A stretch of 42,251 bases of DNA from Thermoplasmata archaeon (lineage in GTDB: Archaea > Thermoplasmatota > Thermoplasmata > RBG-16-68-12), in the NCBI GenBank assembly GCA_036514455.1, contig DATBXC010000097.1:1-42251 (forward strand), given 5' to 3'. The notes below the pieces were generated by a model. The model was not told the DNA's origin. It saw only the letters and a list, made by a program, of their open reading frames with translations, and searched no databases. The translations under genes and the position numbers were made by a program. This document shows positions 23,537 through 32,720 of the stretch, piece by piece; within the stretch, counting starts at the first letter, position 1, and each line of letters starts with the position of its first letter.

Positions 23537-25008
23537 GCCCCGAGGACCTTCTTCCGGACGAGGACCGCGCCCTTCGCGTCCAGCACGAAGACCTGGCTCC
23601 ACACCAGGCCCTTCGCGGCGAGGACCGTGTACCGCGTGTTCGACCCGCGCCTCCACCTCGGCACCTTCGCGAGGGCGGGGTCCGCCCGCCGCAGCGCCGC
23701 GACCGCGGGGTCCGCCGCCGGGGCCGGTGCGAGGGAGCGGCACGTCGCGCACCGCTCCTGGGGCGGCGCCACGCACACGACGCAGTACCGCTGCTCGCAG
23801 GTCTCGCACCGGGCGACGTAGGAGGGCCCGACGGTCCTCCCGCAGATCGCGCACGCGTGGACGTCGTCCGGGCAGAACGGCCGCTGGCTGAGGGCGCACA
23901 CCTCCGCGTGGTCCGGGCACATCGCGCGGCGGCACGCCGCGCACGGCGCGATCGCCCCGTCCTTCGAGACGCAGTCCCGGCAGTGGACCCGGTCGCAGAA
24001 CGAGCAGGCCCGGACGCACTCGAGCCCGGCGAGGTGGCCGCCGAAGCACAGGACGGGCTCCCGGGTCGCCGCGCCGCAGACCTCGCACGCGGGGGGCGGG
24101 ACCTCCCGCGTGAGGGCGTCATACTCCACGGGGAACGCCCTCCGAGCGCCCCGGTGGGACAGGGCGACGGACGCGCTCGTCACGTCGAGGAGGATCGTCC
24201 GGACGTTGCACAGCTCGACCTCCCCGGAGAAGCGGTACTTCTCCTCCGCCTCCGCGAGCCGCCGCCCCCGCTCCAGCCCGAGCGCGCGGGCCTCGTCCGC
24301 GCCCCCCGCCGCCCTCGAGTCGAGGGCCTCGCGGACGGACCGCTCGAAGTACCCCTGGACCCGTTCCACCTCCGCCCTCCGGAGGGCGTCCGCCTGCGCG
24401 CGGAACGCCTCGACCTGCGGCGCGATCCGCGCCTCCAGGATTCGGCACGCCGCCTCGTACGCGTCCGCGACCCGCGCCCAGTCGAACCCGACGTCCTCCG
24501 GGAGCGCGAGCCGGTCCTCGAACACGGGCGGCCCCACGGGCCGCTCCCGCCCCGTCCGCGCGTCGACGAGCACGGGCTCGATCCGCTCGACGCGCTCGTC
24601 CGTCGTCAGCCGGACCCGGAAGACGAAGAGCAGGTGCGGCACCGCCTCGGCGCCGGAGGCCTCCGCGGACATCTCCGCGTTCCTCGGGCGGAGGGCGCGG
24701 GCGACGACCTCCGCCGCGGGCTCGTCCCCCGCCTCGATACGGGAGACCGTGTGCCACCCCGAGCGGGTCGCGTCCTCGACGATCCGGTCCATCAGGTAGC
24801 TCCCGACGCACGCGAGGTCGACGGCGGGCTGGGCCGAGGCGATCGCCGGGTCGAACGTCACGCGGAGGGAGTCGACGCCCTCGAAGGCGGGGCGGAGGGT
24901 TTCCGGGAGGCGGGCCCGGATGATCCCGGGTTCCTCCTCCACGAGGGATCCGCCGCGGCCCTCGAAGTACCGCCGGACAAACGCCTCGACCTCCGGGGGC
25001 GCGCTCAC
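23533..25008 (-). CDS. SNF2-associated hypothetical protein (491 aa): alpha/beta N-terminal region plus coiled coil plus poly-CxxC C-terminal region
   Basis: This is the 3' part of track ORF 23533..27309. It starts at the GTG at 25008, which overlaps the SNF2 TGA (GTGA). The sequence begins VSAPPEVEAFVRRYFEGRGGSLVEEEPGIIRARLPETL. About 21 Cys lie in 116 aa at 23740-24087. Confidence 0.7.
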   Translation of the reverse strand: MSAPPEVEAFVRRYFEGRGGSLVEEEPGIIRARLPETLRPAFEGVDSLRVTFDPAIASAQPAVDLACVGSYLMDRIVEDATRSGWHTVSRIEAGDEPAAEVVARALRPRNAEMSAEASGAEAVPHLLFVFRVRLTTDERVERIEPVLVDARTGRERPVGPPVFEDRLALPEDVGFDWARVADAYEAACRILEARIAPQVEAFRAQADALRRAEVERVQGYFERSVREALDSRAAGGADEARALGLERGRRLAEAEEKYRFSGEVELCNVRTILLDVTSASVALSHRGARRAFPVEYDALTREVPPPACEVCGAATREPVLCFGGHLAGLECVRACSFCDRVHCRDCVSKDGAIAPCAACRRAMCPDHAEVCALSQRPFCPDDVHACAICGRTVGPSYVARCETCEQRYCVVCVAPPQERCATCRSLAPAPAADPAVAALRRADPALAKVPRWRRGSNTRYTVLAAKGLVWSQVFVLDAKGAVLVRKKVLGA

Positions 25009-27065
25009 GTCCCGCCCTCCACCGCGAGCTCGCTCCCGAAGAGGCCGTCCTCGTAGGACTTCACGGAGTCGTACCGCTTGCGGGCCTCCAGGAGGGTCTC
25101 CCCGAACCGCTCGAGCTCCTCCCGCCGACGGGCGAGGTCCTTGATCGTCCAGATGTCCATCAGGACCTCTTCGAATGTCTTCGCCTCGTCGAGGTGGCCG
25201 AGGACGAGGTCCAGCTCCCCGATGACGAGCCGGAACATGTCGATCTTCTTGTCCAGCAGCTCCATCACGTACTCCTCGATCGTGTCCTTCGCCCAGAGGT
25301 TCACGATGTGGACCTCCCGGCTCTGCCCGAGGCGGTGGACCCGCCCGATCCGCTGCTCGATCTTCAGCGGGTTCCACGGGAGGTCGAAGTTCACCACCGT
25401 GTTGCAGAACTGGAGGTTCCGGCCCTCCCCGCCCGCCTCCGTGCTCAGGAACACGCGGCTCGCGTCGCGGAAGGCCCGCACGCTCGCGTCCTTGTCCCAC
25501 GGAGTCATCCCGCCGTGGAACACGGAGACCGTGTGGCCGTCCGCCTCGAGGAGGGGCTTGAGGTACTGGAGGGTCCGGAGGTACTGCGTGAACACGATCG
25601 CCTTGTCGTCGATCCGGCCCAGCAGCTCCCGGAGCCGGCGGGCCTTCTCGTTCTCCCGGATTGCGGCGGCCCGCTCGTACAGCCCCGTCAGCGCCGCGCG
25701 GTCCTCGTACGGGAAGTTCCGGCTCTCCGTCATCTTCCGCAGGGTCGACGCGGCGGCGAACGTGCTGCTCCCCATCTCCTTCTGGAGCACGGTCAGCGCG
25801 AGTTTGTTCACGCTCCGGGAGGTCCCGCCGTACGCGGGGTACCGGTCCCGAACGAAGTCCGTGACGTCCTCGTACAGCTTCCGCTCCGGGCGGGACAGGG
25901 TGATCTCCGCGGGGAACACGCGCCGCGGCGGGAGGACGAGGACCGTGCTCCGCCGGTTCCGGATCATCACCTCCCGCAGGAGCCGCTTCAGCTCCCCGGG
26001 GTTCGACGGCGTCCGCTTGTCCCCCCGCCGCACGAACCGGCTCCGGAACCCGCCGTACGAGCTCAGCTGGCCGGGCCGCAGGAGGGTCACGAGGTTGAAC
26101 AGCTCCTCGAGGTCGTTCTGGACGGGGGTCGCGGTCAGGAGGAGCATGTACTTCTTCCGGATCGCCGCGACGAGCTTCCAGTTCCTCGTCGCGCGGTTCT
26201 TCAGCTTGTGGGCCTCGTCCACGATCACGACGTCGTACGAGAGGCGCTCGATCTCGTCCTTGTGGACGTCCCGTTTCGCGGTGTCGATTGACGAGATCAC
26301 GAGGTCGTGGCGGGCCCAGTCCTCGAACTCGTCCATGATCTCGAACCGGAGGCCGAACTTCACGTCCATCTCCTCCTGCCACTGCGTCGTGAGGGAGGCG
26401 GGCGTGAGGACGAGCACCTTCCGCGCGAGCCCCCGGACGACGAGTTCCTTCAGGACCATGCCCGCCTCGATCGTCTTCCCGAGACCGACCTCGTCCGCGA
26501 GGATCGCCCGCCCGCGCATGTCCCGCAGGACCTTGAGCGCCGTGGCCTCCTGGTACTCGTAGTGCCGCACGCCCCGGACCAGGGGCAGGCCCAGGAGGCG
26601 GTCGAACCCGGACTGGAGGCCCAGGAGCCGCGCCTGGTAGTGGAGGACCCAGTCCGCCGCGTCCTCGACGACTCCGTCCTGGACCCTCGCGAGGACCTCC
26701 GCGTTCCGCGGCGAGAACGCGAGGTCCGGGATGCGCTGCGGCGTGTACGCGAACCGGGCGACGACCTCGGGCGGGACGGCCCCGGGCTCGGGCGGCGGGG
26801 GGGCGGCGGGGATCTCGGTCGCGGGGGCGGGCGCGGCCTCCGGTCCGAGCACCGCGAGGCGGCCGCACGCCTCGCAGTCCCCGCGGTCGCACTCCGCCTC
26901 GCCGAGGCTCGCCTCGATCAGGGACGCGAGGAGGCCCTCCACGCGCGAGGCCGCGGCGGGGTCGAGGGTCTCGGCCCGCATCCGGAGGCGGCCCGCCTCG
27001 TACAGCGCGAGCCGCGCGTCGTTGTCGAGGACCCCGTACCGCTTCGCCTTGCTCGCGAAGTGCAC
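25005..27065 (-). CDS. SWI2/SNF2-family ATPase (HepA/RapA-like) with an N-terminal region of about 180 aa
   Basis: 686 aa, GTG start at 27065. The motifs are ILADEVGLGKTIEAG (I), VIVDEAHKLKN (II), LLLTATPVQN (III) and QRIGRVHRLGQ (VI). The N-terminal region contains CDRGDCEAC. Confidence 0.9.
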   Translation of the reverse strand: MHFASKAKRYGVLDNDARLALYEAGRLRMRAETLDPAAASRVEGLLASLIEASLGEAECDRGDCEACGRLAVLGPEAAPAPATEIPAAPPPPEPGAVPPEVVARFAYTPQRIPDLAFSPRNAEVLARVQDGVVEDAADWVLHYQARLLGLQSGFDRLLGLPLVRGVRHYEYQEATALKVLRDMRGRAILADEVGLGKTIEAGMVLKELVVRGLARKVLVLTPASLTTQWQEEMDVKFGLRFEIMDEFEDWARHDLVISSIDTAKRDVHKDEIERLSYDVVIVDEAHKLKNRATRNWKLVAAIRKKYMLLLTATPVQNDLEELFNLVTLLRPGQLSSYGGFRSRFVRRGDKRTPSNPGELKRLLREVMIRNRRSTVLVLPPRRVFPAEITLSRPERKLYEDVTDFVRDRYPAYGGTSRSVNKLALTVLQKEMGSSTFAAASTLRKMTESRNFPYEDRAALTGLYERAAAIRENEKARRLRELLGRIDDKAIVFTQYLRTLQYLKPLLEADGHTVSVFHGGMTPWDKDASVRAFRDASRVFLSTEAGGEGRNLQFCNTVVNFDLPWNPLKIEQRIGRVHRLGQSREVHIVNLWAKDTIEEYVMELLDKKIDMFRLVIGELDLVLGHLDEAKTFEEVLMDIWTIKDLARRREELERFGETLLEARKRYDSVKSYEDGLFGSELAVEGGT

Positions 27066-27122
27066 GAGCTCCCATCCCTGGAACCGGTCCGCGAGGGGAA
27101 TTTCGTGACCTCCCGGCCCGCC

Positions 27123-27482
27123 TCAGCGCGGGATCGGCTCGACGACGACCGCCGTCCCGGTCGCGGTGACGAGGAGGATCGACCCCTGCGGCCCCATCCC
27201 CTCGGTGTCTAGGGACACGCCGACGACCGCGTTCGCGCCCCACGCCTGCGCCCTTTGGGACATCACCGAGAGCGCCGTGAACCGGGCGCGTTGGATCTCC
27301 TCCTCCCATCCCGTCACGCGGCTCCCCGTGAAGTCCTTGATTCCCGCCTTGACGTCGGCCCCGAAACCGGTGCCCAGGATCGCCTCTCCCGCCACGATGC
27401 CCACGTATCTCGCGACGCGGTATCCCTCCACGCCCGGGGTCGTCACCGCGAGGACCTGCGGCGGGGACGGTGGCGCGGCCAT
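27123..27482 (-). CDS. YbjQ/UPF0145 family protein
   Basis: Track ORF 27123..27569 trimmed to the ATG at 27482. The motifs are GYRVARYVGIVAGEAILG, ALSVMSQRAQAWGANAVVGVSLD and ILLVTATGTAVV. TATA-like cctttaacc lies on the minus strand 23-33 nt upstream. Confidence 0.75.
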   Translation of the reverse strand: MAAPPSPPQVLAVTTPGVEGYRVARYVGIVAGEAILGTGFGADVKAGIKDFTGSRVTGWEEEIQRARFTALSVMSQRAQAWGANAVVGVSLDTEGMGPQGSILLVTATGTAVVVEPIPR

Positions 27483-27618
27483 GGCCCTGCGATTCCGCGG
27501 GGCGGGGTTAAAGGTTGCGAGGGGAACCCCGACGCGCGCCGTCCAGGGCGGGGCTCCTCCCCATGGCAAGGTTCTAAGCCTTCGCCGAGCGTCCCGCCCG
27601 CCGCGTGGGGCCCCGCGC

Positions 27619-28044
27619 TCAGGCCACGCTGACGCTCTGGATTGGGAAGTGGCGCGCGATCAGGTCCCGCGCGACCCGGAGGTTCTTCCCCTCCCGGCCG
27701 ATCGCCCGCCCCTTGAGCGTCGTGTCGACCGTGACGGTCGCGTGGGTCACGTCCCCGCGCTGCTCGATCTCGACCTTCTTCACCTTGTAGTTCCGGAACA
27801 CGTTCGCGATGAACGCCTCCGGCACTTCCGAGAACTCGACGACGAGGATGTCCCGCCGCATCAGCCGCCGCAGCTTCGCGACGTTCTCGCCCTTCTTCCC
27901 GATCGCGCGGCCGATCTCCCCCCTCGGGACGACGAACACGATGCGGTCCTCGGTGTCGAGGCAGTCCAGGACCTGGGTCCTCGCGACCTCCTGGAACAGG
28001 GATGCGTACCGGAGCGTGTCCTCCGTGAACGTGACTTCGGCCAT
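27619..28044 (-). CDS. nusA: Archaeal NusA-like transcription factor (two KH domains)
   Basis: 141 aa. The two KH GxxG motifs are GRAIGKKGENVAKL and GRAIGREGKNLRVA. Confidence 0.9.
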   Translation of the reverse strand: MAEVTFTEDTLRYASLFQEVARTQVLDCLDTEDRIVFVVPRGEIGRAIGKKGENVAKLRRLMRRDILVVEFSEVPEAFIANVFRNYKVKKVEIEQRGDVTHATVTVDTTLKGRAIGREGKNLRVARDLIARHFPIQSVSVA

Positions 28045-28051
28045 TGGTGCC

Positions 28052-28327
28052 CTAGATCTGGAGGATGTTCGATTCGCCGGGGTCCAGGATGGCGAGCGCG
28101 GACACGGAGAAGGGCTTCCCGCACGCCGCCCCGAGCTCCGCGTTCGTCCCGGGGAACACGTGGACCTTCACGCCCGCCATCGACTTCAGCTCGGCGTCCG
28201 GACAGTTCGAGGAGACGACGACCATCCGGGCCTTCTTCTCCCGTGCCGCCCGCTTCGCCCGGGACGCCCCGAGGAGGACCTTGCCCGTGTCCACCGCGAC
28301 CTTCAGCGCGCGCGCCTCGTCGATCAC
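28052..28327 (-). CDS. rpl30e: 50S ribosomal protein L30e
   Basis: This is the 3' part of track ORF 28052..29236. It starts at the GTG at 28327, which overlaps the rpoA'' TGA (GTGA). The sequence is [28 protein letters not shown]...[26 protein letters not shown]. Confidence 0.9.
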   Translation of the reverse strand: MIDEARALKVAVDTGKVLLGASRAKRAAREKKARMVVVSSNCPDAELKSMAGVKVHVFPGTNAELGAACGKPFSVSALAILDPGESNILQI

Positions 28328-29937
28328 TTCGCCACCGCCGGGGGCTTGTACGTCAGGTTCACCGCGCCCGTCCCCAGGGTCACGGGCTGGCCCACGATCA
28401 CGTTCTCCGCGACGCCGTCGAGGTAGTCGACCTCTCCCGTGATCGCCGCGTGGAGGAGATGGTGGGCCGTGATCTCGAACGCCGCGCGCGCCAGCACGCT
28501 GGACTTCCGGCCCGAGATCCCGTGCCGGCCGATCGCCTTCACGTCCCCGTCGTTCGTCATCATGTCCGAGACGAGCATGATGTGGCGGATGTCCACGGTG
28601 AGGCCTTGCTCCTGCAGCGTGTCGTTCGCCTCCTTGATGATCGAGTTGCGGGCGGCCTCGACGCCGAGGACGTCGAAGATCTCCTGGATCGAGTTCGTCG
28701 AGGTCCGGGTCTCGTCCACGTACGGGAGCTCGAGCACCTTCGCGAGGTTCGAGCCCTCCGTGTACACGACGCGGCGGTGCTGGCTCCGCCCGATGATCGC
28801 CCGCCGGATCCCGTCGATGCCCTTGATCTTCGTGACCTTCACCTGCTCGAGGGTCTTCTGGAGCTTCTTGAACGACGCCTCGCCCGTCTCCACGACGAAC
28901 CCCTTCAGGCTCTTCGACCCGCTCGCCTGCGTGCGCTTCAGCTCCTTCGTCGTCGCGAACTTCTTCAGCCGCTCCTCCAGCTCGGGGAACGCCACGCCGC
29001 GGACCTTCATGCGGTGGTCGTCCGGGTACACGAGGACCTGCATCGACACGAGGTCCGTCTCGATGTCCGCGATGTCCTCGAGGGTCGTCATCTCGATCTC
29101 CTGGGCGATCCTCCGGATCCGCTCCAGGTCCTTCGGGCTCTCCTTTGCGGCCTCGCGGGGCTCCTCGTCGAACTTCGTCCCGCACTTCGGGCACTGCCGG
29201 TCCTCGCGGAGCACCCACGCCTCGCATTTCGGGCACGGGCGCCGCAGGTGGATCTCCATGATCGGCGTCGACGGGACCCGCCGCGCGTCCACGATCTCGA
29301 TGAGCCGTGGCAGGCCCAGGGTCACGTTCATCTCCGCGACGCCCGCGTAGTGGAACGTCCGCATCGTCATCTGTGTCCCGGGTTCACCGATCGACTGCGC
29401 GGAGACGATCCCCGCGGACTCGTTCGGGTCGATGCGGTGCGAATCGTACCGGTCGCACACCTTCGTCAGGACCTCGTGCAGCTTCTTCCGGCTCACCTTG
29501 ATCCCGTGGGTCTTCTTCGAGAGTTCCTGGACGATCGCGCGGGGGAGGTACCGCCCCAGCTCCTTGAGCCCGTCGTAGATGTCCTGCTCCCCCTTCCCGA
29601 CGGCGGGGATCTTCTCCGGGATCTCGGGCGGGGCCTCCTCCTCCGCGGGGGCCTCCGCCTCGCCCTCCTTCGCCCTCGCGCCCCGGGGCTTGCCCGGCCT
29701 CGCCCGCGGGGCGGGCTTCTTCGGGGCCTTCGGCGGAGCCTTCTCGACGGGCGCCGCCTTCACCTTCGCGAGGACGCGGTCCGCGTCCTTCGCGGGGAGG
29801 AACTTCTTCAGCCGCTCCGGCGTCGACGCGAGGAGCCGCTCGAGCGTGAAGCCCGCGTCCGCCAGGGTCTCGGCCGTCTTCTTCGCCACGCCCCGCTTCC
29901 GGAGCGCGTCCACCGTCGTCGCGCGGGCCATCGTCAC
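28324..29937 (-). CDS. rpoA2: DNA-directed RNA polymerase subunit A'' (Rpo1C) with an N-terminal extension of about 115 aa and an internal Zn-ribbon insert
   Basis: 537 aa. The GTG at 29937 overlaps the rpoA' TGA. An alternative ATG lies at 29931. The core motifs are [26 protein letters not shown] and [19 protein letters not shown]. Confidence 0.95.
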   Translation of the reverse strand: MTMARATTVDALRKRGVAKKTAETLADAGFTLERLLASTPERLKKFLPAKDADRVLAKVKAAPVEKAPPKAPKKPAPRARPGKPRGARAKEGEAEAPAEEEAPPEIPEKIPAVGKGEQDIYDGLKELGRYLPRAIVQELSKKTHGIKVSRKKLHEVLTKVCDRYDSHRIDPNESAGIVSAQSIGEPGTQMTMRTFHYAGVAEMNVTLGLPRLIEIVDARRVPSTPIMEIHLRRPCPKCEAWVLREDRQCPKCGTKFDEEPREAAKESPKDLERIRRIAQEIEMTTLEDIADIETDLVSMQVLVYPDDHRMKVRGVAFPELEERLKKFATTKELKRTQASGSKSLKGFVVETGEASFKKLQKTLEQVKVTKIKGIDGIRRAIIGRSQHRRVVYTEGSNLAKVLELPYVDETRTSTNSIQEIFDVLGVEAARNSIIKEANDTLQEQGLTVDIRHIMLVSDMMTNDGDVKAIGRHGISGRKSSVLARAAFEITAHHLLHAAITGEVDYLDGVAENVIVGQPVTLGTGAVNLTYKPPAVAK

Positions 29938-32720
29938 TCCTCCGTGGAGGGCTCCTCCTCCTCGACCTCGGCCTCTTCCTCGGGGATCTCGATGTTCATG
30001 TCCTTCTCCGTGAGCCCGTACGACGCCATCTCCTGCTGCTTCAGGCGCTCCTGCCAGGACGGCTCCTCCCCGAGGACCTCCTGGAGGATGTCGTCAATGT
30101 CCACGGCGCTCCCCCGCACGGAGCGGGATGGGTCCACGCCGTCCTCCCCGAAGCGGAACTGGATGATCGTGTCCCCCGTGTTCCGGACCGTGCCGTCCTC
30201 TTTCACCTTGAGGTCCTCGAGCGCATTGATGAGCCGCCGCTGCATGTAGCCGGACCGGGACGTCCGCACGGCCGTGTCGACCAGCCCCTCGCGCCCGCCC
30301 ATCGCGTGGAAGAAGTACTCCGTCGGGTAGAGCCCCGACTTGTACGAGGACTTCACGAAGCCCTTCGCCTCGGCGCCGAGGTCCCCCTTGCGGAAGTGCG
30401 GGAGGGTCCGGTTCCAGTACCCGCGGTGGAGGCGCTCGCCCCGGACCGCCTGCTGCCCGATCGAGCCCGCCATCTGGGACAGGTTCAGCATCGAGCCGCG
30501 GGCGCCGGACCGGGCCATGATCACCGCGGAGTTCTCCATCCCGAGGTGCTTGGACGCGATCTGACCGGCCTGGTCACGCGCCCGGCCGAGGGTCTTCATC
30601 GCCTCGACCTCGAGGGTCTCCTCCAGGGACCGCCCGGGCATCTGCTCGAGCTCCCCGCGCTTGTACGCCTCGACGAGGGCCTCGACGTCCGCGACCGCCT
30701 TCCGCAGGACCTCCGTGATCTGCTTCTTCGCCTCCTCCGGGATGTCCTCGTCGTCGATCCCCGTCGTGAACCCGCGCAGCATGATCGCCCCAATCGCGAT
30801 CTTCGTCGCCTTGTCGATGAACTCCCGCGCCGCGTCGGGCCCGTAGTCCCGCGCGATCTTCTCGAGGATCTTCCCCTTGAAGGCGCCGATCGCGTTCTCG
30901 TCGATCGTCCCGCAGACAACTTCCCCGTTCTTGATCACGACGAGGCCGTCGTCCTCGCGCAGCTCCCGGAGGCCGACCTGCCCCTTCGGGGCGATCGAGG
31001 CCTTGAACGTGAGGCTGAGGTCCTTCGGCAGGATCAGGGAGAAGATCTGCTTCCCGGTCCAGTACTCCACGCCGCCCTTCTTGACCGCGGGCGGCGGGAG
31101 GCCCGAGACCCCGACCCGGCTCAGGATGTACGCGGTCTCGTCCTTGTTGAACTTCGCGTCCTTGTACGTCAGGAGGAAGGCGCCCGTGATGTGGTCGTGG
31201 ATCCCGCCGATGACGGGGCCGCCGAACCGCGGGGACAGGATGTGCTCCTGGACCCGCATCAGGACGCGGGCCTCTGCGCGGGCCTCCTCGCTCTGGAGGA
31301 CGTGGAGGTTCATCTCGTCCCCGTCGAAGTCCGCGTTGTACGGCGGGCACACGGCGAGGTTGAACCGGAACGTCTTCTGCTGCATCACGCGGACCTCGTG
31401 GGCCATCATCGACATCCGGTGCAGGGAGGGCTGCCGGTTGAACAGGACGATGTCCCCGTCCAGGAGCTGGCGCTCCACGATGTACCCGATCTCGACGGTC
31501 TCCGCGACCGCCTCTGCGTTCTTGTCCGTCACGCGGATCCGCCGGCCGTCCGAGCGGATCACGTAGTTCACGCCCGGAAGGTAGAACTCGCCGAGAGGCG
31601 GGGCGGGCGTCGGGCCCCGCTTCACCCACTCCTTCACGATGCCGAGGTTATACGCCTGCACGTGGATCGGGACGGTGAGCTCGCGGGCGGCCTCCACGGG
31701 CACGCCGACCTCGTTGATCGAGAGGACGGGGTCCGGCGAGATCACGGTCCGCGCGCTGAAGTTCACCCGCTTCCCGCTCAGGTTCGAGCGGAAGCGGCCC
31801 TCCTTGCCCTTCAGCCGCTGGACGAGGGTCTTCAGGGGCCGGCCGGACCGGTGGCGGGCGGGCGGGATCCCGCTCGTCTGGTTGTCGAAGTACGTCGTGA
31901 TGTGGTACTGCAGGAGCTCCCACAGGTCCTCGACGATGAGCTGGGGCGCGCCCGCGTCCCGGTTCTCCCGGAGGCGCTGGTTGATCCGGAGCACGTCGAC
32001 GAGCTTGTGGGTCAGGTCGTCCTCGGAGCGGTCCCCGCTCTCCAGGGTGATCGAGGGCCGCACGGTGACGGGCGGCACGAGCAGCGCGGTCAGGACCATC
32101 CACTCCGGGCGCGCGACGTCCGGGTTCACGCCGAGGACCCGGAGGTCCTCGTTCGGGACCCGCTCGAGCCGCTCCCGGACCTCCTTCGGGGTGAGCTTGT
32201 GGCCCGCCTCGCGGAACGTCGTCGGCTTGTCCAAGGTGATCCGCTGCTGCTCCTCCCCGCAGTGCGGGCAGCGCTGCCGTTTCGTCGCCTCCCGCGCGGT
32301 CTCCTTCGTGACGTACTGGATGTCCTGCTCCCCGCCGAGTTCCTCCATCTGCTCCATCTCGTCCCGGAACTCCTCCGCCTGCTGCTTCGTCAGGAGGAGG
32401 CGCCCGCACCGGCGGCACGTGGCCTGGAGGAGCTTCTTGAGCTCCTTCACGTACCCGACGTGGATCACGGGCATCGCGAGGTCGATGTGGCCGAAGTGGC
32501 CGGGGCAGTCGTCGACCTTCCCGCCGCACGTCTTGCAGCGGAGCCCCGGCTCGATCACTCCGAGGTGGGAGTCCATGAGCCCCATGTCGATGGGGAAGCC
32601 GTCGTCGTCGTACGTGTCCGCGGTGATGATCTTCGTCGCGGACATCCGCCGGATCTCGTCCGGGCTGAGGAGGGCGAACTTGATCGAGCGGATCCGCTTT
32701 GTGACCCCGCGCGCGGCCAT
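29934..32720 (-). CDS. rpoA1: DNA-directed RNA polymerase subunit A' (Rpo1N)
   Basis: Track ORF 29934..32903 trimmed to the ATG at 32720, which overlaps the rpoB TGA (TGATG). The motifs are [44 protein letters not shown] and the catalytic [10 protein letters not shown]. 928 aa with an acidic C-terminal tail. Confidence 0.95.
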   Translation of the reverse strand: MAARGVTKRIRSIKFALLSPDEIRRMSATKIITADTYDDDGFPIDMGLMDSHLGVIEPGLRCKTCGGKVDDCPGHFGHIDLAMPVIHVGYVKELKKLLQATCRRCGRLLLTKQQAEEFRDEMEQMEELGGEQDIQYVTKETAREATKRQRCPHCGEEQQRITLDKPTTFREAGHKLTPKEVRERLERVPNEDLRVLGVNPDVARPEWMVLTALLVPPVTVRPSITLESGDRSEDDLTHKLVDVLRINQRLRENRDAGAPQLIVEDLWELLQYHITTYFDNQTSGIPPARHRSGRPLKTLVQRLKGKEGRFRSNLSGKRVNFSARTVISPDPVLSINEVGVPVEAARELTVPIHVQAYNLGIVKEWVKRGPTPAPPLGEFYLPGVNYVIRSDGRRIRVTDKNAEAVAETVEIGYIVERQLLDGDIVLFNRQPSLHRMSMMAHEVRVMQQKTFRFNLAVCPPYNADFDGDEMNLHVLQSEEARAEARVLMRVQEHILSPRFGGPVIGGIHDHITGAFLLTYKDAKFNKDETAYILSRVGVSGLPPPAVKKGGVEYWTGKQIFSLILPKDLSLTFKASIAPKGQVGLRELREDDGLVVIKNGEVVCGTIDENAIGAFKGKILEKIARDYGPDAAREFIDKATKIAIGAIMLRGFTTGIDDEDIPEEAKKQITEVLRKAVADVEALVEAYKRGELEQMPGRSLEETLEVEAMKTLGRARDQAGQIASKHLGMENSAVIMARSGARGSMLNLSQMAGSIGQQAVRGERLHRGYWNRTLPHFRKGDLGAEAKGFVKSSYKSGLYPTEYFFHAMGGREGLVDTAVRTSRSGYMQRRLINALEDLKVKEDGTVRNTGDTIIQFRFGEDGVDPSRSVRGSAVDIDDILQEVLGEEPSWQERLKQQEMASYGLTEKDMNIEIPEEEAEVEEEEPSTEE

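Noticed and set aside
25009-27309. Upstream 767 codons of the 1258-aa track ORF 23533..27309
   Set aside because: This portion is an off-frame read through the SNF2 gene (25005..27065) and is Arg/Gly/Pro/Asp-rich. Only the segment from the GTG at 25008 downstream looks like a real protein.
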